64,000 nucleotides of DNA, taken from assembly GCA_964016885.1 (NCBI GenBank), contig OZ024753.1, positions 31,682,001-31,746,000 on the forward strand, in the 5' to 3' direction. The number at the start of each line of letters is the position of its first letter. Position 1 is the first letter of the stretch. The position numbers and the translations under genes were made by a program. This stretch comes from Eledone cirrhosa (Eukaryota). Below, one piece after another: positions 12,978-27,080 of the stretch. The notes under the pieces were generated by a model that did not search any database, had not been told where the DNA came from, and saw only the letters and a program-made list of their open reading frames with translations.

Positions 12978-13426
12978 GAGTGAACATTAGCTAGCAATAT
13001 AATAAAAATAGAATGCTGCGACTATTAAATTCAATCTATTTAATCTCATTTTCCTCTTTATTTTAATGATATAATAATGAATATATCACTATTATAGTTT
13101 TCAAATGAATGATTTATTTTCTATTATGTGTCCAGACCTGGTGAAGAGATGGACTCCCCTAGGTTTAATGTGTTCAAGACACGCACGCTGTATATCACAA
13201 CGACTCCATCATACAATTTATTTCTGATATTAGGCCCAGATCTTGTTATGATTACGCAGGGAATCGAACTCAAGACTTTGACTGTTCAAGGTCATGAGTT
13301 CGAGTGCCTTAACTAGAAAGCCACGCGCCTTCATATCTATAAATCTACAACATAACATATATGCATGGAGTTTCTAAGGTGCGAAGACCGGAAACCGAGA
13401 AGGAAGAAATTCTTACCCTTTAAAAC

Positions 13427-13514
<88 letters not shown>

Positions 13515-13552
13515 AACACACACACACACACCAACACACACACACACACACA

Positions 13553-13588
<36 letters not shown>

Positions 13589-14115
13589 GCTGGGTTAGTT
13601 CGGATCTAGCTGTCGTAACGGCTGAAGCTCACCCGTCGGCTCCCGACTCTTTTCCTATATATATATAATTTGTTCAATGGATGCCACTAAAATCAACTAG
13701 CCATTCGCTGCACATTCTGATATAAATGGTCTTCTAATTTTCTCATATTGATTGTGGAGCAGTCCTAAAATTCAAGTCTGAGGGTTCTTTTATACAACTG
13801 AACTTTCTCACTTGAAATTTTGGCCTTTTCTATCAACATGCATCACATGTCCAGGTTCGATTCCTTCGTTTGTTAGGTATATTTCTGTACTTTTACTTTC
13901 ACTGTATTATTCAATGATTTTACATTAATCGGTTTCTCGGCAAAGAAACAATGTTTTCTTCCATCTTTATATAGGAATTGTTGTATATCTTATCATTAAA
14001 TGTCGGCAATAAATGCATTATTAGTATTCTTATTTCAATTCATTTTGTTATTTTCACAGGTTTCAGGCATGTATAGTAACCCCACTCCCTCTATATATAT
14101 ATACATATATATAAT

Positions 14116-14330
14116 GTGAAGGCGTGTGCCTGACTAGTAAGAGAATTAGAATCGCAATTGTGAATTTGTGTGTTCGAAACCGGGCGATGCGTTATGTCCT
14201 TCAGCAAGACACTTTATTTCATGTTGCTCCTTCTACCTGGAGTTGCGACCGATAGAGAATATTAGCAATTGGAAAGACCAACGGAAACATTGTTTCCTCA
14301 GTCCGATATGACGAAAGTCGATCGACTGTC
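14116..14330 (+). mobile_element. tRNA-derived SINE, family 2 (CORE-like)
   Basis: gtgaaggcg head, gttcga B box, CORE-like tgtccttcagcaagacactt, ends at (TA)n. Confidence 0.8.
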
Positions 14331-14538
14331 GATATATATATATATATATATATATCTACAGTCGATCGACTTATATAAAAGAAAATTTCGCTCTACATGG
14401 CTGAATACAATAAATGTAATCTGAGTTTTTCGAATATTAATGATAACATTCGATTGGTTTGCAATTTTGCAAACAAGCCTCAATTTTATAGCCATGTCAG
14501 TGGAATGAACACTTCATTCTTGGTCTTGTGTTGGCATG

Positions 14539-14592
<54 letters not shown>

Positions 14593-14728
14593 GGAGGTGA
14601 GTTTTATTGTAGTACAGTAAAGCAATGCAGATATCGGAATATCGGATAAGTAGCACTCTACTGTTTGTAGGACTGGAGTTGAAATGCGCATAATAAAATA
14701 CATGGAACTCTTTTAACCATCTTTTGAT

Positions 14729-14775
<47 letters not shown>

Positions 14776-14814
14776 CATCTATATATATATATACAGTATC
14801 TATATATGTATGTC

Positions 14815-14849
<35 letters not shown>

Positions 14850-15020
14850 ATTTATATATGTCTATATGTGTATGTATGTATATATATATATGTGTGTGTA
14901 TATATATATATATCTGTGTGTGTATATATATATATATCTGTGTGTGTGTGTGTGTATTTATATATGTCTATATGTGTATGTATGTATATATATATATGTG
15001 TGTGTATATATATATATATC

Positions 15021-15074
<54 letters not shown>

Positions 15075-15154
15075 AATAATCAAATATATTTTATGAGATC
15101 ATTATTTTTAATATAGACATGTAACCGAGTTAATTGTAGTTCATACTTAATAAC

Positions 15155-15450
15155 TGTTTCTACTTTAGGCACAAGGCCAGCAATTACCCAGTGCATTACT
15201 GGTACTTTATTTTATCGACCCCGTAAGGATGAAAGGCAAAGTCAACCTCGGCGGGATTTGAACTCAGATCGTAAAGGGACGTAACTATGCTGAAAGCATG
15301 GCGTCCGACCCTCTACCGATACTGCCAATCCACCGCGTAAGGATGAAAGGCAAAGTCAACCTCGGCGGGATTTGAACTCAGATCGTAAAGGGACGTAACT
15401 ATGCTGAAAGCATGGCGTCCGACCCTCTACCGATACTGCCAATCCACCGC
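15155..15450 (-). mobile_element. SINE family 1 with a duplicated 114-bp head and a target-site duplication
   Basis: 15223-15336 = 15337-15450. TSD atacttaataac at 15143-15154 and 15451-15462. Confidence 0.9.
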
Positions 15451-16099
15451 ATACTTAATAACAATACTTTACAAGGAAATATTACCCTGCTTCTTCAAAT
15501 CATAAAATAGAGGCCAGCCTACTTCATCTAACTATTGATGTGGCATTGTGTAAATTGTTTAACCAGAAGAGATTTCTTCGTAACATCACTCAGAAGAAAT
15601 ACAACACACGCCACCATTTCATTACATGTTATCTTCTCTCGTAAATACACACATTTAATCATCTATCAAAACATGAAAAAATACTTTACCTTTGGGGTTT
15701 TTTACCTTCATATACATTTTGGAAAATTACAATAATTATTACACTTGCACACTAGCAATTCAACACATTTCTTCATATAGAGATAGATTGTGTATTTTAA
15801 GATATAGAGTTTCCTCGTATAAAAATAAATGCTGTATTTTAAGACGGAAAAATATATAGCGATAATTATTCATGTATTGTATTATCTATTGTAAATATTC
15901 TCAAGTTGTTATCATATTCACATCATCTCATGGTAACACTACTGTATTTTATATAGTCACCACAACACAATATACATATAAAAGGGCATTTTGGTTAGCT
16001 TATGAACAATTTTCCTCTCTTCTTCCACAAACTCACACACGCAAACATATATACATATATACATACATACATACATACATACATACATACATACATACA

Positions 16100-16129
<30 letters not shown>

Positions 16130-16132
<3 letters not shown>

Positions 16133-16323
16133 TGTTATACTTTGGGAGGGTCATGTTGCCAATAAGAAACACACGCACCAGTTGCTTTCACTTCAGTTTA
16201 TTATATATTTATAAATTTACAAATTTATAAATTTCTGGTTGGTTGGTTGGTTCCACAACCAGATAGTTGTTTATATATAGTCATAGTCCTTTCGTCACAC
16301 ACTCTGTGACCTCTTCAGAAACG

Positions 16324-16325
<2 letters not shown>
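16130..16325 (-). mobile_element. Microsatellite-embedded element, family I (related copies 2477-2570 and 41282-41425)
   Basis: Shared end attgttayactttgggagggtcatgttgccaataagaaacacacgcaccag. Minus strand 16268-16322 has CTGAAGA-g-gtcaca..tgtgac-GAAA (hammerhead-like, irregular stem III). The 41282 copy has a 34-bp fold-back. Confidence 0.6.
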
Positions 16326-16371
<46 letters not shown>

Positions 16372-16375
<4 letters not shown>

Positions 16376-16860
16376 TAAAATAACAGTGTAAAGTTTAAGC
16401 AAAGAATCGCTGTTTTCACCCTTAACGGGATCTTCTGAGACTAACATAGTCAATCTGTAAACGCAGAAGTGGATATTTCAAAAAAACGTTGCAACCGGAG
16501 GAAGACAGGAAGACGATACTTTGGTTCATGGTGACGTTCGCTGGCAAAGAACGGGAAAAAACGAATAATACGTCATTAATAGGAGCGGTGAAAAACAATT
16601 ACGCGCAAAGACAGAACCACGTTTATGGTATAAAAGAGGTCGTAGACTAATGTTCTCTTAGGTGGTGCATAGAGACGTTCTCTGGCAATGAACGAAAAAA
16701 CGAAGATAATACGTCATATGTGGAGCGTGGAGAACAATAGCACGCAAAGACAAAACCACGTAAATGGTATAGCAGAAGTCTCTACGGTTCTTATATATTT
16801 GATATATATTTATCCTTATCGAGCCCTCTTTGGATTTTAGTCTTCAAATTTATTATTATT
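16372..16860. mobile_element. (TA)n-embedded element with a diverged ~140-bp internal tandem duplication
   Basis: The end attaaaataacag..aaagtttaag..aaag.atcgctg.tttcaccctta recurs at 7074-7124. Repeat units begin gacgttc at ~16533 and ~16674. Confidence 0.55.
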
Positions 16861-16921
16861 ACTATATATATATAACAAAGAGCCGGGTCCCAACGACTGA
16901 ACTCTTGCCATTTCAACAGCT

Positions 16922-16958
<37 letters not shown>

Positions 16959-17068
16959 ATGTGTGTGTGTGTGTGTATGGGGAAGCCAGTATAGGCTCCG
17001 CTAAAAGAAATCACTTCTGAACGATAAGCCTAGGAAACTTGAAAGATTATTTGAAGATCTAACTACCC

Positions 17069-17108
<40 letters not shown>

Positions 17109-17875
17109 AGTGTGTGTTCAGGAGTGTATATTTTGTGTTTGTTTAGAGTTTTGTTTCTGTATATGGCCCTTAACTTAGCATTTCGACAAAAATATATTGA
17201 TAAAAATAAATACCAGACTTGAAAAAATAATTATTGAGGTATATATATCGACAAATATTTCGTGTAAATCTGTAAATGAATATGATGGATAAGTTTGAAA
17301 TTATCCTCTCTTGCTATCTCACTCTCTCACTCCTTCTTTCTATCTCTCTCTTATTTTCTTTTTCTCTCTCTCTCTTTCTTTCTTTCTCAACATTCAGAAT
17401 ACGAATTGAAAAACATAAATAAGGATCAGATATAATATCAACTATTTTATACTCACCTGTTTTTTCATGTGACAATTGTCATTAGCAGAACAAGAAAAAG
17501 AAGCAATCGTTCATTTGATTTTTAAAATTTTTCTTGGTATTTAATGATTTTTGTTTGTTTTTTTGTTTTTGTTTTAATTTTATTTTTGTTTGTTTGTTTT
17601 CTGTTTTCTATTAGAATATTGTAGACAGTTTAAATCGGATTTCAATCTCAAACCTGTAATTGTCACTTCCTAATAATCGTCGTAAAAATACAAATTAGTG
17701 TTTTAACAGCGCACATGTGAATTATCGTTTCAGATTTCCTAAAAGCTTCGTAAAAAAAAAAGTGAACAGGATATAACTATATGTATGTGTACGTATGTGT
17801 TTTATGTGTATATGAATTTGTATACGTGTATGCCTGTGTATGTATATGTGTATACAGTCGGTTTCTTCCAGAGAT

Positions 17876-18431
17876 ATCATCATCATCATCATCATCATCA
17901 TTTTACGTCCGCTTTTCCCTGCTTGCAAGGGTTGGACGGGTCTTATTCAGCATCTCTCCACTTGTCACAGTCCTTCATCATCTCTTCGGCGAGTTTCAGC
18001 GATCTGAGGTCTGCTTTCACCACCTCCACCCATGTTTTACGTGGTTTACCTCTACTGCGTCTTCCTTCTACTGGGATTTCTTGGCACTTCTTTGCCCAGC
18101 GGTCATCGTCCATGCGCATCACATGTCCATACCATCTCAGCCTTCTCTCCTGCACACTACAACTTATCCCTCTTATACCCAGTTTCTTTCTCAACTCGTC
18201 TATGCTTGGTCGTTCACGTACATTGACATTGCACATCCAACGGAGCATACTTGCTTCATTTCTCTCCAGCCGTCGCATATCTTCATCAGTTGCTGCCCAT
18301 GTCTCACTACCATGCAGCATCGCGCATCTCACACAAGCATCATATAACCGTCCTTTCGTACGCAGAGAGAAACCCTTCTTTGTCAACAGAGGAAGCAGCT
18401 CCCTAAACTTCTTCCAACCCGTCCTTATTCT
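17876..18431 (-). mobile_element. RTE-clade LINE, 5'-truncated 3' fragment
   Basis: ORF 17943-18431 has RLYDACVRCAMLHGSETW, RRLRWYGHVMRM and GRRSRGKPRKTW, typical of the RTE RT C-terminus. Short 3' UTR and (GAT)n tail at 17876-17900. Confidence 0.92.
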
Positions 18432-18452
18432 ATATATATATATATATATATA

Positions 18453-18827
18453 TGCGGAGGTTATATTTAATTTGTTGGGATTCAACAAGCTTAAACATTT
18501 TTATAACTGATATAAAGCACTCAACATATTAGTGGATTAAATACACAATATATTAATAAATGGAAACTTTATTTATAAAACCATATTTATTTTATTATAC
18601 ATATTTCAAGGCCAACCAAGGCAAATTATGGGGCGCTTTCATCAGTTAAAATACAGATTTGTTTTATAAATAAATATTGACATGCCCAGAAAAAAGACAA
18701 TATTTATTTATAAAACAAATCTGTATTTTATCTGATGAAAGCGCACCATATTTTGCCTTGGTTGCCCTTGAAATATGTATAATAAAATAAATATTGTTTT
18801 ATAAATATAGTTTCCATTTATTAATAT

Positions 18828-18832
<5 letters not shown>
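18453..18832 (-). mobile_element. Fold-back PLE-like element, family H, copy 2
   Basis: Arms ~18543-18680 / 18698-18832, same tail as 12229-12314, (TA)n on both sides. Confidence 0.8.
18724..18789 (+). ncRNA. Minimal hammerhead ribozyme
   Basis: tattttat-CTGATGA-aagcgcaccatattttgccttggttgccctt-GAAA-tatgta-TA-ataaaata. The core is identical to 12534-12598 while stem II has diverged. Confidence 0.75.
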
Positions 18833-18901
<69 letters not shown>

Positions 18902-19123
18902 GTGTGTGAGTTCGGTACTGGGTTGGTACTTTGTTTATCAACCGCGAAAAGATAATAGGCAAAGATGACTTCGACAGAACAAATAGCGAGCCGTTTTTAA
19001 TCTGACGCCCGAAGAAATCTACCTACTCACAGCCATTAGATGTGATGGTATAAGTGTGTGTATATCTACATATGTATGACTGTGTGATCATATGAATGTA
19101 TGTGTATGTATGTTTGATGAAAA

Positions 19124-19184
<61 letters not shown>

Positions 19185-19185
<1 letters not shown>

Positions 19186-19899
19186 GCTGGGTGTATATGT
19201 GCATATGTATGTTTATGTGCAAATATGCCATTTGTGCAGGCATTTGTCTATATATGTATGTGTGTGTTTATGCGTATATATATATATGTATATATATTTG
19301 TGTGTGTGTGTTGTGTGTGGCTGTGTGTATATGTGCATATGTATGTTTGTGTGCAAATATGCCATTTGTGCAGGCATGTGTCTATATATGTATGTGTGTG
19401 TTTATGCGCATATATATATATGTATATATATTTGTGTGTGGCTGTGTGTATATGTGCATATGTATGTTTGTGTGTAAATATGCCATTTGTGCAGGCATTT
19501 GTCTATGTAAGTATGTGTGTGTTTATGCGCATATGTATATATATATATATATGTGTGTGTGTTTGTGGCCTTGTGTGTGTGTGTTGATGGTTGTGTGTGT
19601 TGGTGGCTGTGTGTATATGTGCATATGTATGTTTATGTGCAAATATGCCATTTGTGCAGGCATTTGTCTATATATGTATGTGTGTGTTTATGCGCATATG
19701 TATATATATGTGTGTGTGTGTGTGTATGTGTGGCTGTGTGTTTATGCGCATATGTATATATATATATGTATATATATTTGTGTGTGTGTGTGTGTGTGTT
19801 GGTGGCTGTGTGTATATGTGCATATGTATGTTTATGTGCAAATATGCCATTTGTGCAGGCATTTGTCTATATATGTATGTGTGTGTTTATGCGCATATG

Positions 19900-19932
<33 letters not shown>

Positions 19933-20056
19933 TTGTGTGTGTGTGTGGCTGTGTGTATATGTGCATATGTATGTTTATGTGCAAATATGCCATTTGTGCA
20001 GGCATTTGTCTATGTATGTGTGTGTTTATGCGCATATGTATATATATGTATATATA

Positions 20057-20094
<38 letters not shown>

Positions 20095-20240
20095 TGTGTG
20101 TGTGTTGGTGGCTGTGTGTATATGTGCATATGTATGTTTATGTCTAAATATGCCATTTCTTCAGGTATTTGTCTATGTATGTATGTGTGTGTTTATGCGC
20201 ATATGTATATAAATATATGTATGTATATATATTTGTGTGT
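19185..20240. repeat. Minisatellite, ~7 units of 120-200 bp with a conserved core tgcaaatatgccatttgtgcaggcatttgtc
   Basis: Units at about 19185, 19319, 19440, 19605, 19804, 19947, 20110, with variable TA/TG spacers. Confidence 0.9.
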
Positions 20241-20275
20241 GTGTGTGTGTGTGTACATGTGCACGTGTCTCTCTC

Positions 20276-20319
<44 letters not shown>

Positions 20320-23300
20320 TTTGTGTGTGCATGTATGCGTATTTGTCTGTGTGAGTTTCTTTTATAAACAAACGATTTCAACTGTCAAGTGTGTCTATCA
20401 GAAGATATAAAATGTCTTCGACTAGCAATAAACGTCGACAAAGAAGATCTACATTAACTTAAATGGAATTATTTCTGTCAAATTTCCCCACCGTTTTCCA
20501 TTTTTCATTCGCAGCTAAGTTGTAGATTTATAAAGATGCGTCTTGCACTAAATTTTAAATCATGTCAGTTTACAATGAACCCGTATTTTATGCAGGATTA
20601 TTTGGTACGGTTTCGAACATACGCTGTATGAAAAATTATTTTTGATTAATTCCCATGAGGCTGTAAATCTCTTAACCCCCTTATCCACACAAAACCGTAT
20701 CAGTTAATATAAGTGATAAACTTCTAACCCCTAACTTCTCCTGAGATGTTTTCAACCTCCAGAGAACCTAAATGTATGCTTCCTCCAAAATATCTCTGTA
20801 GATATACACTTTTATATGAGGGCTTTGAACGCAAGATGTTTTTATTTGTTGCTTGTTTGTTGTATTTTAATAACGCCATAACGTTGACGAATCAGTTTAC
20901 CGTGTAAGATGCGGGTCCACTATATTTTGTTTTGCATCAATTTGCATTTTTAAATGTAAATCTAAATTTCAAAGTAATGTTTGATGGGTAGCAGTTAAAA
21001 ATCTATGCAGGGATTTGTTATCGAATGACACCAGGGAAAGAATAGAGAGAGAGATACTATTGTTGTTTCTTTCGTTATTGTTATTTAACACCAGGTAAGC
21101 CTTGATCGAACTGACCTATGATCAAGTATGTTCCATCCTCGATCATAGTTGTCTATATTAGGTCCAGCGTGTATTTCTATTTTTATTTTAATGGTTAGGC
21201 TAAGATTTGAATAAAATTTACCTGTTATTTTTCGCATATCAAACAACCATATATTGGGTTCTTTGTTCTATTGTTCAATCCGGGGAATTTTTTTCTTTCT
21301 GAATAATTGTTTCTAATATTGACACAAGGCTAGCAATTTTTGAGGAAGGGTAGATATTCGATTATATTGAACCAATACTTGCCTGCTACTTTACCGTGTC
21401 GACCTTGGAAGAACTTAAAGGTCAGTAGCTAAATGCCGCAAAACATTTTGTCCAACTATCTACAGATGCTGTCAATTCTACTACTCTTGTTCTGAATAAT
21501 ACTTGTTGTCGCTGAAAATCTTGAAACAGTTTCGACATTAATAACTCTTAAAACGCTGAATGAAATTTAGATCGATTAAAATATTATGCAAGAATGGATA
21601 CCCCGTGAAGCGTAATTCTCTCCCTCTTGAATTATGCAAAAATTTCTAACATGATTTTCATGTTATTTGAAGATGTTGATGTCAGCGAATGTTGGGATGG
21701 TATATATAACACATTTCTAAGTCCTCAAAGTACGAGAAATTTTGAAGTATTCTTTAGATGATAGGAGCTATAATATTTATTGAAATTTAATTAGTGTAGA
21801 AATGTTTGTATAATGCTTTTTACAACATTTTATGTACTTTCACGAGTTCTAAAAATATTTGAATAATATAAAGATATTTATAGTGTTTAGTTTTGTCGAG
21901 ATTCTTTATTGCTATCCTTTTAGTGTCAACATTTAACTTTTATCCTCCTCTAATACAAACAAAACAAACAATCTATCAAATAAAGAAAATAACAACTCCT
22001 ATGCTTATTCATTCGATTATAAAAACGCCTGCTTCCTTTGAAACCTGAATTCCAAGCGAAATCAGCAGCAATTGTTGCTACATCGTTTAGAAAATTGCAT
22101 AGAATACGATGCAAATTTCGGGTAAATAAATAGATGTGATAATTTCCGTTCCCATTTGAAATAGGTATTAATAAGTGCTAATGTTTTATGGAAATGAAGC
22201 TTGTAATAAAATATCACTAGTGGTGTCAGAATCATTAGAGGTCCGGAGCTAATGCTTGAATCATTTAGTTACAACGTTGGTCAACTTTTCCTTTCATCCT
22301 TCCAGGGCCGATAAAATAAAGTACCAATGAAGTACTGGGGGTCGATATAAATTGACTTTTTCCTCGCCTTTCCTCCTAAAATATTATGGTTGTATCTGAA
22401 TTAAAAACTATTAATAATCCTATATAACTGAAACTCATCGTCAAAACCGACACGTGACATTTATTTGTGGAGTGTCAGAGAATTTCTGTGTTAATGTTTA
22501 ATTCAGTGAAAAACACCCCCACTGGCCTGTATCGAGTGAATATATAATCAAACCGGCTTCCTTATATAACAGTTAAAACCTTAGAGAAATATTGAGAAAA
22601 TACAAGTGACACACAGGACAGTTTTTAAGAAATCATTGTGTCAGTGAAGGCGCGTGGTTTGATAGTTAGAACGTTGGGCTTGCAATCGTGAGATTGTGTA
22701 TTTGATTCCTGTATCGAGTGATGCGTTGTATCCTTGTACAAGACACTTTATTTCATGTCCCTCAAGTTTGCTCATACAGTTACCATCTTCAAATTCCTCT
22801 CACAAGGTTTAATTAATCCATATTTGAAATTTGCGAAACGAATTCGATCTCTCGTACTTTCGAAGCGTTTTTTTTTAACTGCACAGTGATGCTTGTGTCC
22901 ACGAAAGCTCACTTTAAATCAATGCATCTAAACATAAACATTCACTAGATAAGACATTTTGTTTTATGCTTTTCAATGTTTGAATCCGTCCACATTGCGA
23001 CTTCTCTCAGGTGATTCTACAAGTGCACAATACATTTAAGATTCGCGTCATGTTTATAGGTTTTCAGCTAACCTAATCTACTCAAACCTCTTCTGTATTT
23101 CGAAACTAAATCAAGTGTACTTATCTAAAGAAAATCACTGACCCAAACATATGTATATAATGCCAAACTTAGATTTTCTTTTTTGTAGCTATTTATTTTT
23201 TTTTTTTGCCTTTTTAATGGGAGCTGCGTAAAGAAGTTGCTTGACAATTAAGCTATGCATGATTAGTAGTAAATGTAGCAGTATTTATCGCCAACTGTTG

Positions 23301-23628
23301 TACGCATCGAATCAGTGGTGCTGCTTTTAGAAATTTTCTTTTTCTTTTCAGCATCTCTTCTATTGTTTATATTTCCCTCCTCGCTCTTCCTGAAAATCAA
23401 TTATTCATTTTTATGGAAGAGTAGGAAAAATGTCCGTACACCAAGCAGCTTGCTTCTAATAATAATGGCGTGATTTTTGTTTGCCTCGCAATCGAATATA
23501 CTTATTTAAATATCGAAGAACTTGGTTTACACAAGAATATTCACTCCTGCAGCTATTTGTATTTAATGTGTAACAAAGCAGATTTCTCTGTGACGATATA
23601 TTGAATCTTCGAGACAAACATACCTCCG

Positions 23629-23666
<38 letters not shown>

Positions 23667-24107
23667 ATTATTTATCAGCAGTGTACAGTGCAACATACTA
23701 AAGCTGTGTGATATGTCATCAAATTTTTTTTTAACAGCTGATAGTAAAGAATTACTGCAGTTTCCAAACAACAGACATTGACTGCGTGGTTTCTTTTAAT
23801 GTCAGAGTCCACATTGAGGCCTCTGGTCCCCGGGCTGCCGTTTCTGTCTTCCGAATCTAAACAAGAGCATCACGCCTGCAGATGAAGCCTCACGTAGTGG
23901 AGTGGCTGATGCATCCAAAAAGATGACCCACTCAGCTTATCACTTTAAAGTCACTAACTGACACACCCCAGCCATTGGTTCCCGTATGCGGTGGCTCGTC
24001 TAAATTTACTAAAATAATATTTGTTCTTTAAAGCATGCTGAATTTGTTCAAGCCCCAATCAAGTACTCCTTAAGCATCCTTACTACCTCCTATCATTATA
24101 TATGACG

Positions 24108-24250
24108 TATAGAGTTACGGCCCTTGCCATTCCGAGTTCAAATCCCGCCAAGGTTAACTTTGCCTTTCATCCTCACGGGGTCGATAAAATAAAGTACCAG
24201 TAATGCACTGGGTAATTGCTGTCCTTGTGCCCAACGTAGAAACAATTATT
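24108..24250 (+). mobile_element. SINE family 1, 5'-truncated
   Basis: Same core and 3' end as 8621-8812. Confidence 0.85.
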
Positions 24251-26083
24251 TATGTTGCGTCCACTTCCATTCCCGCATGTCCCGCAATAAAAGTTATACT
24301 CATTCTTTCTTAACGCTGGCCAATATATATATATGTGTGTTCAGGTTTCCATGGCCGTCTTTACGTTTACTGCTTGTTTATGACTTGTAACCTAGTGCTT
24401 AGACAAAAAAGATTTGGATAAAATATATACCAAACATGAAATGAGTAGTGGAGTAAATATGACCAACGAAACTTCCTTTATGGCTGTGCCTCATCATGGC
24501 CGCAATCTAATGATTAAAGCTAGTACTGAAGCTAATACTAAACCAATACCGAAGTTCAATTCTGGTGCCAGTATCGCCTTTTGAAAAGGTAACAACAAGC
24601 AGAATGGTGTGATTAGATCTAACAAACGAAGATTATCATTATAAACAGTGAAACCGTTGTGCTTTTGGAAAAAGAGAAATAAATATATTTACTCTGATAT
24701 GATATCTTCTCGGGTAGATTGGGTTTGAAATCTATCTGATAGCTTATAAGAGATTATGTTCTTCACTCATATGACAGTTAGCTATCTCTAGGGGTATATT
24801 CTACAGAAAATGTCCGTCTCCATTATGTTACTGTAGTCTGATGTATATATCAAAATATGACATACCTGGATACATACTTAGACAGGAACGTATTCCCAAT
24901 ATCATGTTATCTATAATTATATATATAAATATTTGATATGACTATATAAATGTTTGTGTGCTTGCAGAATAACTTGCACACTAAGAAACACATATACATT
25001 TATAAATATTTCGCAGTGAGAATTATCTCCCTTGGTTTCTTAAGGACGAACAGCCTTCGATCTCCGTTTGTATAAGGCAAGGTGTTTTTGTCTCTTCTTT
25101 CCTTCGATATCATCCAAGGGAAAGGCATCAGTGCCGTCACAACTCATTTCTTGAGTGAAACCGGAGCAACGTGAAATAAAGGACACAACACATCCCCTCG
25201 TCCTAAAATTGAACTCACAGCCTCACGATTATGAATCCAACTATCTAACCACTAAGCCATGTGCTTTCACCTGTATGTATGTGTGTATGTATGTGTGTAT
25301 ATATATATATATATATAATATTGTCTATGTGTGTGTGTAAAACTAAGAAAGATAAGAAAAAGTATAGATTTTATGATAGATTAACAGTAAATCGATATTT
25401 ACCAAGCATAACATTGATAGTTTTATACGCTAAAGTTCTTATTTTCTTTTATCTTACTTTGTGTTTCCATAAACTATTATCGTTTTTAGCTTTGCTAAAC
25501 ATAGAAATTTATTTACAATTACCTTTGAGCTGTTTACTTTAATTTTGGAAGCGAAATCTAGCATTGGGGACTGACCGAAAGACAGTGAGTCTGTGGAATA
25601 TGGTTATATTTAATTTATAATAGTAATATTAATTATGGGTAAATTCTGTGAAAATTACCGCTGGAACATTAACTATAAATTATGTATTTCTGGACGCAAG
25701 TTTGGCACCAATAGCTTCTCAGCTTCTCTTCTTGGAAGTTGCCCTGTTATCGTCCATAAAGTTAATCAGATTATATATATATTTATCAAACTGATTGTCC
25801 CTATCGCTAAAGGTTAAGCATTAATTAATTTGTAAAATTCAGAAACACTATACGATGACCCGAGAAAGGAATTGACCCCTTACAATTCTAAGAATTATTC
25901 TGTATAAATTACGTTGCATATAAATAGCATATGCCCTATAAGTTATTAAGGGAATTGTTCTTTTATTAATTTACACATTCTACTGATTTGAAGCAAGGTC
26001 ACCACCTTCCAGGAATGTTATAGATCCTATTGTTCTCAGTAAGTATTTCAGTCTCGTATGTTATCTTATTGATTTATTTATTA

Positions 26084-26720
26084 CTAGCAGTAAAGCCCGG
26101 CGTTGCTCGGGGTTGCTCAGTAGCTGTGTTAAAGTTACAATGTTAAGTTTCTTTTTTGGCTTAAAGTCTTTCTGCACGACTGTCTGTCTGCACGCCTAAC
26201 GAAATTTACAGATACATATATTTTAAATAAACTTATATAATTTTTGCTTTTTTTTTACGAAATATTTGCTTGTTTTACGTAGTCTTTAAATAGACTTGTT
26301 TTCAAGTAAAAATATTGTTTTAAAAGGCTTTTAAATGGAAATGAAGCAAAACGGAAGCTTAGTGTTCGAACTGATGAATTTTGCAGGTCAAAATTTTGCT
26401 GGCTCGACAACTGTTCGTGTATTGTGTTAATGTCATTTTAAACGCTGAGAAAGCCAGCGTAATTTTTTTTTATTTTTGCACGCAGAAAATGTAAACAGAA
26501 CAAAGGGAAATAACTCGTCATTTACGCTCAAAAATCGATACATTAGATTCGATTTCGTCACATAGGGTGGGTCAATTTGAAATATTCTTTTTCCGATGTC
26601 TTCGCTAGGGCTCAATGTACAAGTATAGCAATTTCGGTGCAATTCCATCAGAGATTCTAAGAGGAGATGTGTGCCAAAAATCGATAGAGAGACAGACAAC
26701 CACAGCTTTATATATATAGA
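26084..26720 (-). mobile_element. Non-autonomous Helitron
   Basis: Minus strand starts a|TCTATATATATAAAG and ends with hairpin CCCGAGCAACGCCGGG, then CTAG|t. This gives the canonical 5'-TC, 3'-CTAG and A|T target. Confidence 0.8.
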
Positions 26721-27031
26721 TTTGAGGGCAGGGTATTGTCAGAGCCGTTAGAACGTTGGATAGAATATTTTGCGGTATTTGTTTCGGCTCTGTGCGCTCT
26801 CAGTTCAAACCCCTCCAAGCTCAATATTGCCTTTCATCCATTTTGAGTTGATAAAATAAGTACCTGTTCTGTACGAAGGGAGATTCTTTCTCTCTCTCTC
26901 TCTCTCTTTCTCTCTTGCTCCTTTTCTCTCTCTCTCTCTATTTCTCTCTTGCTCCTTTTCTCTCTTGCTCCTTTTCTCTCTTGCTCCTTTTCTCTCTCGC
27001 TCCTTTTCTCTCTCTCTCTCTTTCTCTCTTG

Positions 27032-27080
<49 letters not shown>

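Noticed and set aside
17785-18510. Plus-strand 241-aa and 188-aa ORFs
   Set aside because: Antisense shadows of the RTE ORF.
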